Notes: generated by a model not told the origin, from the letters alone. Shown: positions 19,101-29,107, numbered from the stretch's first letter. The stretch is 64,000 nt of DNA from an uncultured Eubacteriales bacterium (GCA_964610685.1 CAZSYK010000001.1:17159-81158); one strand, 5' to 3'. Numbers and translations are program-made.

Positions 19101-21494
19101 ATAAAAATAAATAACAAGTTACTAAATGAAGAGAAGATTCCTGTTTTAACCCTGAGGGGATTCGTTATGTTTCCGAATATAATGCTTCATTTTGATATAG
19201 GCAGAAAAAAGTCAATATTAGCTGTGGAAGAAGCTATGAATTCCAATCAGCTAATATTTTTGGCTACTCAGAAGAATGCGAAAGATGAAAATCCGAATAA
19301 ATCTCAAATATATGAATTCGGCATTCTAGCAAACGTAAAACAGATATTAAAGCAAACCGGTGAAACAATGAGGGTTCTGGTTGAGGGTAAATTCAGAGCT
19401 CAAGCCACCGAGTATGATGACAGCGGTAAATTCATAAGAGCCAAAATTGTGGAAAAAGAAAGTACAGAGCATAAAAAAAACGCTTCCATTGAAGCTCTTA
19501 TAAGAAAAGCTCAGGAGCTTTTTATTGAATATTTAAATGTTTCGCCCAAAATTTCAAGCGATCTTGTTTTAAGCATCACCTCTCGCACAAGTGCCGGAAA
19601 AATAGCCGATTATATTGCATCCAATATCACTTTGAATTTTGAAGATAAGCAGGATTTGCTAAAGGAGCTCGATACCGTAAAAAGGCTCAAAAAGCTTATT
19701 GTGTTTTTATCTCGGGAAAATGAAATTTTAAGATATGAAAACGAACTTGGGTTAAAACTCAAAAATTCTGTTGATAAAAATCAAAAAGATTATTTTTTAC
19801 GAGAGCAGATAAAAGTTCTCTCTCAAGAGCTTGGGGAAGAATCCGATCCTTTTACCGAAGCGCAGGAATATCGAAAAAAACTTGAAAAACTTATACTTCC
19901 GAAAGACACATATGATAAATTTAAAAAAGAGTGCGATAATTTTTCCAAGGTTCCTGTCGGATCAAGTGAAGCAAATATAATAAGGAGCTATCTCGACACG
20001 TGTTTCTCGCTTCCCTGGAATGTGTCATCAAAAGATGTTATCGACATAAATAAAGCCGAAAAAATTCTTGATAAAGATCACTTTGGTTTAAAAGAAGTGA
20101 AAGAAAGAATTATAGAATTTTTGGCTGTTAAAAAATTGGCTCCTGATATAAAAGGTCAAATAATTTGCCTTGTCGGTCCTCCGGGCGTCGGTAAAACATC
20201 CATAGCAAAATCTCTTGCAAAAGCTATGGGCAAAAAATATTTAAGGATATCGCTTGGCGGCGTAAACGATGAGTCGGAAATCAGAGGTCACAGAAAAACA
20301 TATGTAGGAGCTATGCCCGGGCGAATCATTTCCGCTATAAAACAAGCGGGAACCAATAATCCATTAATTCTTTTTGATGAAATTGATAAATTATCAAAAG
20401 ATTACCACGGCGATCCGTCTTCGGCGCTTTTGGAGACCTTGGATCCTGAACAAAACAGTGAATTTTATGACAGGTATATTGAAGTCCCGTTTGATTTGAG
20501 TAAAGTTTTGTTCATAGCCACTGCCAATGATAAAAGCAGTATTCCCAAGCCACTTTATGACCGCATGGAAATTATAGAACTTTACAGTTATAATCATGAA
20601 GAAAAGTTTAATATCGCGAAAAATCATCTTATTCCCAAACAGCTTAAAAGACACGGGCTTACAAAAAGAAATTTTAAAATTGAAGATGACACCCTTAAAA
20701 CTTTGATCGAATGTTACACAAGAGAAGCAGGCGTACGCGAGCTTGAAAGGAAACTGGCTGCGCTTATGCGCAAAGCTGCAAAATATATCGCGGAGAACAA
20801 AGAAAAAGTAATTAAAGTTAATGACACTAAATTGAAATCCATGATTGGTTCCGCAAAATATCAAAGGGATAAAGTTGATAATTTGGGTCAGATAGGTGTT
20901 GTGAAAGGGCTTGCATGGACATCGATAGGCGGGGAAACTATGCCTATTGAAGTTGCTCTTATGAAAGGTAAAGGCAAAGTCCAAATTACAGGTTCTCTTG
21001 GCGATGTTATGAAAGAATCGGCTCAAATAGCGGTTAGTTATATAAGAAGTAACTCCCATAAGCTGGGGGTTGAAGAGGATTTTTATAAAAACTTGGATAT
21101 ACACATCCACGCTCCTGAAGGAGCAGTCCCGAAAGATGGTCCTTCAGCGGGTATTACAATGACAACCGCAATCGTGTCTGCTTTAAGCAGTACCCCGGTC
21201 AAATCCAATGTGGCCATGACGGGAGAAATCACTTTAAAAGGCAGAGTCCTTCCCATAGGAGGTCTCAAAGAAAAGACTATGGCCGCATATCGTGACGGAG
21301 TAAAAACCATTATAATACCTTCAGGGAATGAGAACGACCTCGAAAAAATTGACGATGTTGTCAGGGATTCTGTTAATTTCATAATGGCTAAAGAACTGGA
21401 TACTGTTTTCAAACATGCTTTATCAGATCGAGGAAACAACTCTATGATGAATCAAAAAGCATTTTCTGAAAAATCTAATGATATAGCTCATTGA
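19101..21494 (+). CDS. lon: Lon protease (LonA); start codon uncertain
   Basis: GPPGVGKTS, FDEIDK and catalytic PKDGPSAGITM. The first ATG is at 19167, but the conserved N-terminal strand KIPVLTLRGFV is encoded in frame upstream of it. In-frame ATA codons at 19101 and 19107 follow GGAG (see finding). Confidence 0.88.
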   Translation: MKINNKLLNEEKIPVLTLRGFVMFPNIMLHFDIGRKKSILAVEEAMNSNQLIFLATQKNAKDENPNKSQIYEFGILANVKQILKQTGETMRVLVEGKFRAQATEYDDSGKFIRAKIVEKESTEHKKNASIEALIRKAQELFIEYLNVSPKISSDLVLSITSRTSAGKIADYIASNITLNFEDKQDLLKELDTVKRLKKLIVFLSRENEILRYENELGLKLKNSVDKNQKDYFLREQIKVLSQELGEESDPFTEAQEYRKKLEKLILPKDTYDKFKKECDNFSKVPVGSSEANIIRSYLDTCFSLPWNVSSKDVIDINKAEKILDKDHFGLKEVKERIIEFLAVKKLAPDIKGQIICLVGPPGVGKTSIAKSLAKAMGKKYLRISLGGVNDESEIRGHRKTYVGAMPGRIISAIKQAGTNNPLILFDEIDKLSKDYHGDPSSALLETLDPEQNSEFYDRYIEVPFDLSKVLFIATANDKSSIPKPLYDRMEIIELYSYNHEEKFNIAKNHLIPKQLKRHGLTKRNFKIEDDTLKTLIECYTREAGVRELERKLAALMRKAAKYIAENKEKVIKVNDTKLKSMIGSAKYQRDKVDNLGQIGVVKGLAWTSIGGETMPIEVALMKGKGKVQITGSLGDVMKESAQIAVSYIRSNSHKLGVEEDFYKNLDIHIHAPEGAVPKDGPSAGITMTTAIVSALSSTPVKSNVAMTGEITLKGRVLPIGGLKEKTMAAYRDGVKTIIIPSGNENDLEKIDDVVRDSVNFIMAKELDTVFKHALSDRGNNSMMNQKAFSEKSNDIAH

Positions 21495-21512
21495 AAATAC
21501 AGTAATTTATTT

Positions 21513-22121
21513 ATGGGGGGTTATAGGGCGATAATGATAAATTTTGCTGATGCTACTTTTGAAAAATCTGTAGGGAATTTAAATCAACTTTCAAATGACG
21601 GTTTGCCTGAAATTGTTTTTTCGGGCAAATCCAATGTTGGAAAATCTTCACTCATAAATAAAATTTTAAGCAGAAAATCTTTGGCAAGAGTCAGCACTAA
21701 GCCGGGTAAAACGATAAATATCAATCTTTACAACCTCAAGAAGCTGAGGTTTATAGATTTGCCCGGATATGGATATGCACAAGTTTCTTTTTCGGAAAAA
21801 AAGCGCTGGTCCCGGCTTGTGGAGGGATATTTTGATTTAAACCGCAAAGTGGCGTTAATTGTGCAGATCATTGACATGCGTCATCCTCCGTCAGCTCTTG
21901 ACATGCAAATGATAGAATTTCTACATATCAGCAGTTTACCGTTCGTAATAGTATTATCAAAAAGTGATAAGCTCAATAAAACTCAAAGAGCCGAACGCGA
22001 AAAAAGTATAGAGAAAGAACTTGAAAAATATAAAAATGTTCCCAGGATAATTTTTTCTTCGGTAAGCGGAGAAGGAATAGAAAAAATTAAAAGTATGATT
22101 TCATACTACTGCGGACTTTAG
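21513..22121 (+). CDS. engB: ribosome biogenesis GTP-binding protein YsxC/EngB
   Basis: GKSNVGKSSLIN, DLPGYGYA and SKSDK motifs. An alternative ATG lies at 21534. Confidence 0.85.
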   Translation: MGGYRAIMINFADATFEKSVGNLNQLSNDGLPEIVFSGKSNVGKSSLINKILSRKSLARVSTKPGKTININLYNLKKLRFIDLPGYGYAQVSFSEKKRWSRLVEGYFDLNRKVALIVQIIDMRHPPSALDMQMIEFLHISSLPFVIVLSKSDKLNKTQRAEREKSIEKELEKYKNVPRIIFSSVSGEGIEKIKSMISYYCGL

Positions 22122-22136
22122 TAAAGGAGAATTGGC

Positions 22137-24737
22137 ATGAATAACGAATTAAGCAAAACATATGATCCTCATGAAGTTGAGGATAGGCTTTATCGCTTTT
22201 GGGAAGATGGAGGATATTTTAAAGCGGATGTAGATAAAAATAAAAAGCCATACACTATAGTTATGCCACCGCCAAACATTACAGGCAGGCTTCACATGGG
22301 GCACGCTCTTGATCAAACAATGCAAGATATAATAATAAGGCACAAAAGAATGAGCGGGTATTGTACTTTATGGGTTCCCGGTACTGATCATGCTTCCATT
22401 GCCACAGAAGCAAAAATAGTGGAGCAAATGCGCTCTGAAGGCATTTCAAAAGAAGATATCGGTCGTGAAAAGTTTTTAAAACGTGCATGGAAATGGAAAG
22501 AGGAGTACGGCGGAAATATTGTAAGTCAGGTTAAAAAACTAGGTGCTTCTTGTGACTGGTCCAGGGAACGCTTTACTATGGACAAAGGATGCTCCGAAGC
22601 GGTCAAAGAATTTTTCGTAAGGCTTTATGAAGAAGGGCTTATTTATAGGGGAGAAAGAATAATAAATTGGTGCCCCAAATGTAAAACTTCTATTTCTGAT
22701 TCGGAAATGAATTTTGAAGAGCATGACGGACACTTCTGGCATGTACGTTATAAGCTGGCAGGAACCGATGAATTTATAACTATAGCAACCACTCGCCCCG
22801 AAACTATGTTTGGCGACGTTGCTGTAGCTGTAAATCCAAGCGATGAGCGTTATAAAAGTTTAATAGGTAAAAAGGTTATAATCCCGATAGTTGGTCGCGA
22901 AATACCTATAGTATCCGATGATTACGTTGATATGGAGCTTGGAACCGGAGCGCTTAAAATCACACCGGCTCACGACCCAAATGATTTTGAAATAGGTCTT
23001 AGACATAATCTGCCCATGATAAATGTTATGGATGAAAAAGCCATAATGAACGAAAACGCAGACGAATACAAGGGCATTGACAGGTATGAAGCAAGAAAAC
23101 GTTTAGTAAAAGATTTACACGGCGCAAACCATATTGAATGCATAAAAGATATTAAACATAACATTGGGTCATGTTACAGATGCGCGACCGTTATAGAACC
23201 AAGAGTTTCAACCCAGTGGTTTGTTAAAATGAAACCCTTGGCGCAGCCCGCTATTGATTGTGTTAAAAGCGGAACAACAAATTTTGTGCCTGAAAAATTC
23301 AGCAAAATTTATTATCACTGGATGGAAAACATTAAGGATTGGTGCATATCCCGTCAGCTTTGGTGGGGGCATAGGATTCCGGCGTGGTATTGCGAGGATT
23401 GCGGTGAAATTATAGTTTCGAGGGAAGATACTAACACATGCACAAAATGCGGTTCTTCGAAAATTCATCAAGATGAAGATACTCTTGATACTTGGTTTTC
23501 GGCAGGACTGTGGCCTTTTTCGGTTTTCGGATGGCCTGAAAAAACTCCCGAACTTGATTACTTTTACCCAACAAATGTTCTGGTAACGGGATATGATATA
23601 ATTTTCTTCTGGGTTGCCAAAATGATTTTTTCTTCACTTAAAATAATGGGTAAAGCGCCGTTTAAACATGTTCTTATACATGGTCTTGTGCGCGACTCTC
23701 AGGGAAGAAAGATGTCCAAATCTTTAGGTAACGGTATCGATCCGCTTCAAATTATAGAGCAGTACGGAGCAGATGCCCTTAGATTTTCACTTACGCTTGG
23801 TAACACTCCGGGGAATGACATGAGATTTTTTACCGAAAAAGTGGAATCGAGTAGAAATTTTGCAAATAAAATATGGAATGCCGCCAGATTTGTTCACATG
23901 AACACTGACAACGAAAATATAGAAGCATCACTTCCAAGCGAGCTGGAATCTGTAGATTGCTGGATTGTCAGCAGATTAAATAAAATTGCTGCCGAGGTTT
24001 CAAATAGCATAGATAAATTTGAGCTGGGTGTTGCTGCTCAAAAACTTTATGATTTTATTTGGGATGAATTTTGCGATTGGTACATAGAGTTTTCGAAAAT
24101 TTCAGGTAAAAAGGAAGTTCTTCTATGGACTCTTAAAAATATTCTGAAGCTTTTGCATCCTTTTATGCCATTTGTAACAGAAGAAATCTGGCGTTCTTTC
24201 TTTAACGAAGAAGATTCCATTATGATTTCTGACTATCCTAAATGCAATGAATCAGAAATTAATGAAAAAGCTGAGAAAGAAATTGAAACTTTGATGTCTG
24301 TTATAAAATCCATTCGTAATATTAGGCGCGAAATGAATGTTCCGCACGGCAAAAAAACGATGGTTTATATTGAAACCGCGAATTCTGATTTTACAAAAAT
24401 TTTAAAAGAATACAAAAATATGATATGCAAATTAGCTTTTGCCAAAGATGTAGAAATCGAGAAAAATTTCAGTTTGCCTAAAGTTGTAACCGCTGTTAAC
24501 GACTATGTTAAAATATACATCCCTACAGGTGATCTTATAGACAAAGACGCGGAACTTGCAAGGCTTCAAAAAGAATTTGAAACAGCAAAAAAACAACTGG
24601 AACAGGCTGAGAGCAGGCTCCAAAATGAGAATTTTATTTCTAAAGCCCCTAAAGAAATAATTGAAGGCGCCAAAGCTGCTTCGGAAAAATTAAAAAATAA
24701 AATTCATAATTTGAAAAGAAGCATGGAAGAACTTTAA
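22137..24737 (+). CDS. valS: valine-tRNA ligase
   Basis: HIGH-type motif (GRLHMGHAL), KMSKS, and a C-terminal coiled coil. Confidence 0.95.
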   Translation: MNNELSKTYDPHEVEDRLYRFWEDGGYFKADVDKNKKPYTIVMPPPNITGRLHMGHALDQTMQDIIIRHKRMSGYCTLWVPGTDHASIATEAKIVEQMRSEGISKEDIGREKFLKRAWKWKEEYGGNIVSQVKKLGASCDWSRERFTMDKGCSEAVKEFFVRLYEEGLIYRGERIINWCPKCKTSISDSEMNFEEHDGHFWHVRYKLAGTDEFITIATTRPETMFGDVAVAVNPSDERYKSLIGKKVIIPIVGREIPIVSDDYVDMELGTGALKITPAHDPNDFEIGLRHNLPMINVMDEKAIMNENADEYKGIDRYEARKRLVKDLHGANHIECIKDIKHNIGSCYRCATVIEPRVSTQWFVKMKPLAQPAIDCVKSGTTNFVPEKFSKIYYHWMENIKDWCISRQLWWGHRIPAWYCEDCGEIIVSREDTNTCTKCGSSKIHQDEDTLDTWFSAGLWPFSVFGWPEKTPELDYFYPTNVLVTGYDIIFFWVAKMIFSSLKIMGKAPFKHVLIHGLVRDSQGRKMSKSLGNGIDPLQIIEQYGADALRFSLTLGNTPGNDMRFFTEKVESSRNFANKIWNAARFVHMNTDNENIEASLPSELESVDCWIVSRLNKIAAEVSNSIDKFELGVAAQKLYDFIWDEFCDWYIEFSKISGKKEVLLWTLKNILKLLHPFMPFVTEEIWRSFFNEEDSIMISDYPKCNESEINEKAEKEIETLMSVIKSIRNIRREMNVPHGKKTMVYIETANSDFTKILKEYKNMICKLAFAKDVEIEKNFSLPKVVTAVNDYVKIYIPTGDLIDKDAELARLQKEFETAKKQLEQAESRLQNENFISKAPKEIIEGAKAASEKLKNKIHNLKRSMEEL

Positions 24738-24797
24738 GTGCTAATAAATTTTAAAATTCAATAATTTTTATGACGTTATTCTACAAAATAATTACAA

Positions 24798-24836
24798 AAA
24801 ATCCTTTATCATAAAGTGGTAAAGGATTTTTTTGTT
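24798..24836 (+). terminator. intrinsic terminator after valS
   Basis: 11-bp stem aaaatccttta / taaaggatttt followed by a T-tract. Confidence 0.75.
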
Positions 24837-24934
24837 TATTTGTAAATCGGACAAGCAATGAATATAAAGAAGATTTACGGGCATAATAGTAATTTAAAGA
24901 TCTAATTACAAAGTTAAGATAGAGGAGGTTACAT

Positions 24935-25297
24935 ATGGGAGTTCGCATTTCGTCATATAAAAACACCCTTACGGCTCTTATCGAAGGGGATATAGACCAT
25001 CATACCGCAAAAGAAATAAGAGAAACTATAGATGGGTACATCGAAAATTATGATCCTAAGCTTCTGGAACTTGATTTCAGCGGTGTTCAATTTATGGACA
25101 GCTCAGGCATAGGGCTTATAATGGGGCGTTTTAAATTAATGAGTGCTATTAAAGGAAATCTAAAAGTGATAAATATTCCAAAAAGTTTAGAAAGAATGGT
25201 TAAACTTTCAGGTCTTAACGCTCTTGGAATATTTGAAAAGGAGGAGAAAAAAGTTAATGCAAGACGTAATAAACGAAATGAATATAAATTTTTTTAG
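24935..25297 (+). CDS. spoIIAA: anti-sigma-F factor antagonist SpoIIAA (STAS domain)
   Basis: STAS motif DFSGVQFMDSSGIG, SD AGGAGG, and position first in the spoIIA operon order. Confidence 0.85.
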   Translation: MGVRISSYKNTLTALIEGDIDHHTAKEIRETIDGYIENYDPKLLELDFSGVQFMDSSGIGLIMGRFKLMSAIKGNLKVINIPKSLERMVKLSGLNALGIFEKEEKKVNARRNKRNEYKFF

Positions 25298-25706
25298 CAG
25301 ATCCTATAATGAAGGGTTTGCTCGAACCGTGGTAGCGGCATTTGTCTCTCAGCTTGACCCCACAATTGATGAACTCGCGGACATAAAAACAGCAGTTTCC
25401 GAGGCCGTTACCAATTGTATAGTGCATGGATATAAAACCGGAATAGGTAAAATTTACATATCATCTAAAATTTACAGCAACGGAAGAATCCTTGTAAGGA
25501 TAAAGGATAGAGGATGTGGAATTGAAAATGTTGAGCAAGCAATGGAGCCGCTTTTCACAACAGGCGGAAGTGAGCGTTCAGGTCTTGGCTTTGCAGTCAT
25601 GCAAAGTTTTATGGATAAAATAAAGGTAACATCGAAAATTGGTAAAGGGACAACCGTTACTCTTCAAAAGTTCATAATACGCAGACCGGTGAAAAATGAG
25701 CGATAA
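25257..25706 (+). CDS. spoIIAB: anti-sigma-F factor / serine kinase SpoIIAB
   Basis: HATPase_c motifs EAVTNCIVHGY, DRGCGIE and GLGF. The N-terminus aligns with B. subtilis SpoIIAB when translation starts at ATG 25257 (SD AAGGAGGAG). Confidence 0.88.
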   Translation: MQDVINEMNINFFSRSYNEGFARTVVAAFVSQLDPTIDELADIKTAVSEAVTNCIVHGYKTGIGKIYISSKIYSNGRILVRIKDRGCGIENVEQAMEPLFTTGGSERSGLGFAVMQSFMDKIKVTSKIGKGTTVTLQKFIIRRPVKNER

Positions 25707-26406
25707 TACTTTGGGTTTTTCTCATAAAAAGTACGGCAAGAGTGATTCTTCGGCAAATTCTATAAAGATAGAAGACCATTTAGGCTTAGTTCATTCTTGT
25801 TGCCAAAGGTTCAGGAAGCGCGGGCTGGAGTATGACGATGTTTTTCAATCCGGATGTATGGGTCTTACAAAAGCAGCCAAAAATTTTGACGCAACCAAAG
25901 GGGTACAGTTTTCGACTTACGCTGTCCCCGTGATTTTGGGAGAGATCAAGGCTTTGTTCAGAAGCAGCGGGTCGCTCAAAATCAGCCGTCGCCTTAAAGA
26001 ACTTGCGGTAAAAGTAGGATACGAGCGGGAGCAATTCATAAAATTTTATGAGCGTGAACCTTCTTTAAGCGAACTTTCCGGATTGTTGGGGGTGGAGCAG
26101 GATCAGGTTTTGGAAGCTTTGGACGCTTCAAAGGCACCTGTTTCTTTAGATATGCCTTTATTAGGCTATGAAGATAAGCCGATGCCGGATATCCCCGTTC
26201 AATTTGACGACGAGAACATATCTACTAAAATATCGATTTTTCAAATTTTAAATACTTTTGAAAAAAGAGATAAAAATCTTATATATTTGCGTTTTTTCAA
26301 AGGTATAACTCAGTCCGAAACTGCAGAAAGTTTAGGAATGACACAAGTCCAAGTTTCCAGGAGAGAAAAAGTGTTACTTAAAACACTTCGCGAAAAGCTA
26401 GCGTGA
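25696..26406 (+). CDS. sigF: sporulation sigma factor F
   Basis: Sigma-70 regions 2, 3 and 4 (YAVPVILGEIK; HTH QSETAESLGMTQVQVSRRE). It overlaps the spoIIAB stop. Confidence 0.88.
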   Translation: MSDNTLGFSHKKYGKSDSSANSIKIEDHLGLVHSCCQRFRKRGLEYDDVFQSGCMGLTKAAKNFDATKGVQFSTYAVPVILGEIKALFRSSGSLKISRRLKELAVKVGYEREQFIKFYEREPSLSELSGLLGVEQDQVLEALDASKAPVSLDMPLLGYEDKPMPDIPVQFDDENISTKISIFQILNTFEKRDKNLIYLRFFKGITQSETAESLGMTQVQVSRREKVLLKTLREKLA

Positions 26407-26408
26407 TT

Positions 26409-27269
26409 TCATTCGTAATATTCGTCAGAAATTTTTATTAGTTTTCTAAGTCTATGATTTATTCCGGATTTACTTACAGCGTTTTTATAAAGTTTGGTTA
26501 ATTCATTTAGTGAAAGATAAGGGTTGCTCAGACGCAATTTGGCGGTTTCCTGCAGATATTCCGGGAGCGATTCAAGACCGAATTTTGATTTTTTGATTTT
26601 TTGAATGGCTTTAATTTGCCTTGCCGCGGAGTTTGTAACCTTGGATATATTAGCTGTTTCAAAATTCGTGGTTCGATTGATATTGTTTCTTACTTCTTTT
26701 AACATTTTAATTTGAATAAGCTCCATTGCACAATGTTTTGCCCCAATCAAGACCAGAAAATCAGTTATTTTTTCATTCTCTTTTAGGTATACAACATAAT
26801 TGCCTCGCCTTTTAATAACTCCCGGATTAAAGTTCAGCGATTCAGATGATTTTAAGATGTATGTTAAACTGTTACAGAGTTCTTGAGTCGATGTATTGAA
26901 TTCCAGGTGATATTCTGTTTCGGGGTTTGTTATGCTACCGTATACAATAAAGATACCTCTTAAAAAATCAGGCAGAGAATCTTTTTGAAGATCGTATTGA
27001 TTTTCAAAAAGATTCTCATTGTTTTTTATTTTATAAATGCATTTAGAATGAGATTTTTGATCAGTAAAATATTTGGCGGAAAGGGAAATTTGCTCCGTTA
27101 ATTCCCATACTCTGTCTGCAACGCATTTATTTTCAAAAGAGAGAATAAATTCATTGTTTTTCAAATTTCCACTGAAAAGTATAATAGCGTAAAGTTCCGC
27201 TATGATCTTACTGTTGGAGCCAAGGGGAAGAGCGGACAGCTCCTTTTTGACTTTATATGAAAAAGACAT
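26409..27269 (-). CDS. whiA: DNA-binding protein WhiA
   Basis: Degenerate LAGLIDADG-like core plus a C-terminal HTH (SKSGINHRLRKL); typical length. Confidence 0.88.
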   Translation of the reverse strand: MSFSYKVKKELSALPLGSNSKIIAELYAIILFSGNLKNNEFILSFENKCVADRVWELTEQISLSAKYFTDQKSHSKCIYKIKNNENLFENQYDLQKDSLPDFLRGIFIVYGSITNPETEYHLEFNTSTQELCNSLTYILKSSESLNFNPGVIKRRGNYVVYLKENEKITDFLVLIGAKHCAMELIQIKMLKEVRNNINRTTNFETANISKVTNSAARQIKAIQKIKKSKFGLESLPEYLQETAKLRLSNPYLSLNELTKLYKNAVSKSGINHRLRKLIKISDEYYE

Positions 27270-27284
27270 TTCATACTCCTGATT

Positions 27285-28211
27285 TTATAATGTTATGTTT
27301 CCTAAAGTTTTGATTTCACACTCTAAAAGCACTCCGGAATCGGCATACACTTTTTCTTTTATCAAATTTATCAAGTTTAATAAATCTTTTGCTGTGGCGT
27401 TTCCTTTATTTATAATAAATCCCGCATGTTTCAGACTTACCATTGCATCTCCGACAGATGCTCCTTTAAGCCCGGACTGCTCTATAAGAGGTCCGGTATA
27501 ATATCCATTCCCCGGTCGTTTAAATATACTTCCTGCATTCGGGTACTCGAGGGGCTGTTTGGTTTTTCTTTTGATTATATTTTCGTGCATTTTTGATTTT
27601 ATGCTTTTAATAGAAGATTTTTTTAATTCAAATGCTAAGGAAGTTATAATAAAAGGCTCTTGCGAGTATAAGCTTTTTCTGTATGAAAGCTTCATCTCGC
27701 CTTTATCTAAAGTTTCCTCTGTTCCTTTTAAAGTTACATGAGTACCTTTTTTTATTATATCTGATATATCATGACCGTAAGCTCCGGCATTCATAAAAAG
27801 AGCACCGCCGCAAGAACCCGGAATACCCCAGGCAAATTCCAAACCGGAAAGTTCGTTCTGCATGGCAAATACGCAGGCTTTCGCGAGAGAAATTCCCGCA
27901 CCGCATACTATTGTGTTTTCATTCTCCAGTGTAAGTGTTTTAAAGCTTTTGGTTAAGCTGAGAACCACGCCTCTATAACCTTCATCGGCGACAAGAAGAT
28001 TGGTTCCGTTGCCAATTACGAAAAACGGGATATTTTGTTTATTTATTAAATTCAGTAGGAGCTTTAAACTTTCTTTATTATTAACATATATGAATAAATC
28101 CGCAGGACCCCCAATTTTAAATGATGTATGATTTTTAAGACTCTCATTTTTTAAAACGGTGCATCCTGTTTTTTCTGACAGATTAATGAGCTCTGTGTAA
28201 ATGTTTGAAAT
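27285..28211 (-). CDS. murB: UDP-N-acetylenolpyruvoylglucosamine reductase; probable ATT start
   Basis: The listed ORF (GTG 27968) lacks the FAD-binding N-terminus. That N-terminus (NHTSFKIGGPADLF...VIGNGTNLLV) is encoded in frame upstream with no ATG/GTG/TTG. An ATT at 28211 lies 8 nt after AGGAGG. Confidence 0.85.
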   Translation of the reverse strand: MSNIYTELINLSEKTGCTVLKNESLKNHTSFKIGGPADLFIYVNNKESLKLLLNLINKQNIPFFVIGNGTNLLVADEGYRGVVLSLTKSFKTLTLENENTIVCGAGISLAKACVFAMQNELSGLEFAWGIPGSCGGALFMNAGAYGHDISDIIKKGTHVTLKGTEETLDKGEMKLSYRKSLYSQEPFIITSLAFELKKSSIKSIKSKMHENIIKRKTKQPLEYPNAGSIFKRPGNGYYTGPLIEQSGLKGASVGDAMVSLKHAGFIINKGNATAKDLLNLINLIKEKVYADSGVLLECEIKTLGNITL

Positions 28212-28254
28212 GGTTAATGCCTCCTAATTTCAGGTTTTTTCCAATAAATATTTT

Positions 28255-28986
28255 TTATTTTTGAAAAAAGCGCGTGTAGTTATTTAAGTATGATTTAAAT
28301 CGATTTACATCTGCGTTAATTACAAGTTCCTCGGGGAAATCGATTTCTTCCAAAAGCTTCAGTGCTTTATCAAATTTTCCGACTTGCGTGCAAAAATGAG
28401 CATCAGAGTTTATTACTATGCTAACGCTATGTTTTTTACAAAGCAACGCTATTTTTTTACAGTTTTGTGCGGAGCCCGGCCTTACGTTAAAGGAGCTGTT
28501 ATTTATTTCTACCAATTTACCGTTTCTGCCAAATTCCGGTATAACAGTTTTATAGTCATAAATGAAGCTTGAAAGTCCACTATGCCCAACAACATTTACC
28601 ATAGGGTTTTTGGCGATGTTCATCCAAGTTTCGGTACAGGAATGCACATCGGTTTTGCCCTCGAAAGCAACATCATGAATAGATGCTATAACCCAGTCAA
28701 GTTCAAAATCGTCTTTTTTTATAAAAGGAATATCAATTTCACCGTCAGTATTCAGTATATTTGCTTCTATTCCTTTGAGTACATATACATCATTGATTTT
28801 TTTTGGTATTATCCTTAAATTTTCAAAGTACCAAGTACCGGGAGGGCTGGGCATGTTTCTCGCATGGTCCGTAATAGCTATCGCGTAAAGGTTTTGTTTG
28901 GCTGCTTCATTTATATTTTCCATTATAGTGCTGTATGCATGTGAGGATGCCACAGTATGGCAATGAGTATCGGCTATTATTTTCAT
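28255..28986 (-). CDS. PHP-domain phosphatase (YcdX-like)
   Basis: N-terminal DTHCHT and ITDH metal-binding motifs. The start is placed at MKIIADTHCHT. Confidence 0.8.
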   Translation of the reverse strand: MKIIADTHCHTVASSHAYSTIMENINEAAKQNLYAIAITDHARNMPSPPGTWYFENLRIIPKKINDVYVLKGIEANILNTDGEIDIPFIKKDDFELDWVIASIHDVAFEGKTDVHSCTETWMNIAKNPMVNVVGHSGLSSFIYDYKTVIPEFGRNGKLVEINNSSFNVRPGSAQNCKKIALLCKKHSVSIVINSDAHFCTQVGKFDKALKLLEEIDFPEELVINADVNRFKSYLNNYTRFFQK

Positions 28987-29107
28987 TAATAATAACAAGC
29001 CTCTGATGTAACCGGACAGAGCTTGTAGAGGTCACTACCTTTCTTGATGTAAGTTAATATCTCAGGTATTTTATTAAATTATAGCATATACAGAGATTAT
29101 TTAGAAG

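Noticed and set aside
20394-21439. A 238-aa and a 118-aa minus-strand ORF inside lon.
   Set aside because: They are antisense to lon, whose motifs are unambiguous. No SD is present, and the composition is typical of AT-rich antisense frames.
22122-22136. An expected T-box leader upstream of valS.
   Set aside because: Only 15 nt separate engB and valS, so there is no room for a T-box. valS appears to be co-transcribed with engB.
28987-29088. A structured leader or riboswitch upstream of the PHP phosphatase gene. An extended -10 (TATGCTATAAT) on the minus strand implies a leader of about 85 nt.
   Set aside because: Only a weak 5-bp hairpin is present and I recognise no riboswitch core. A cmscan against Rfam would be needed.
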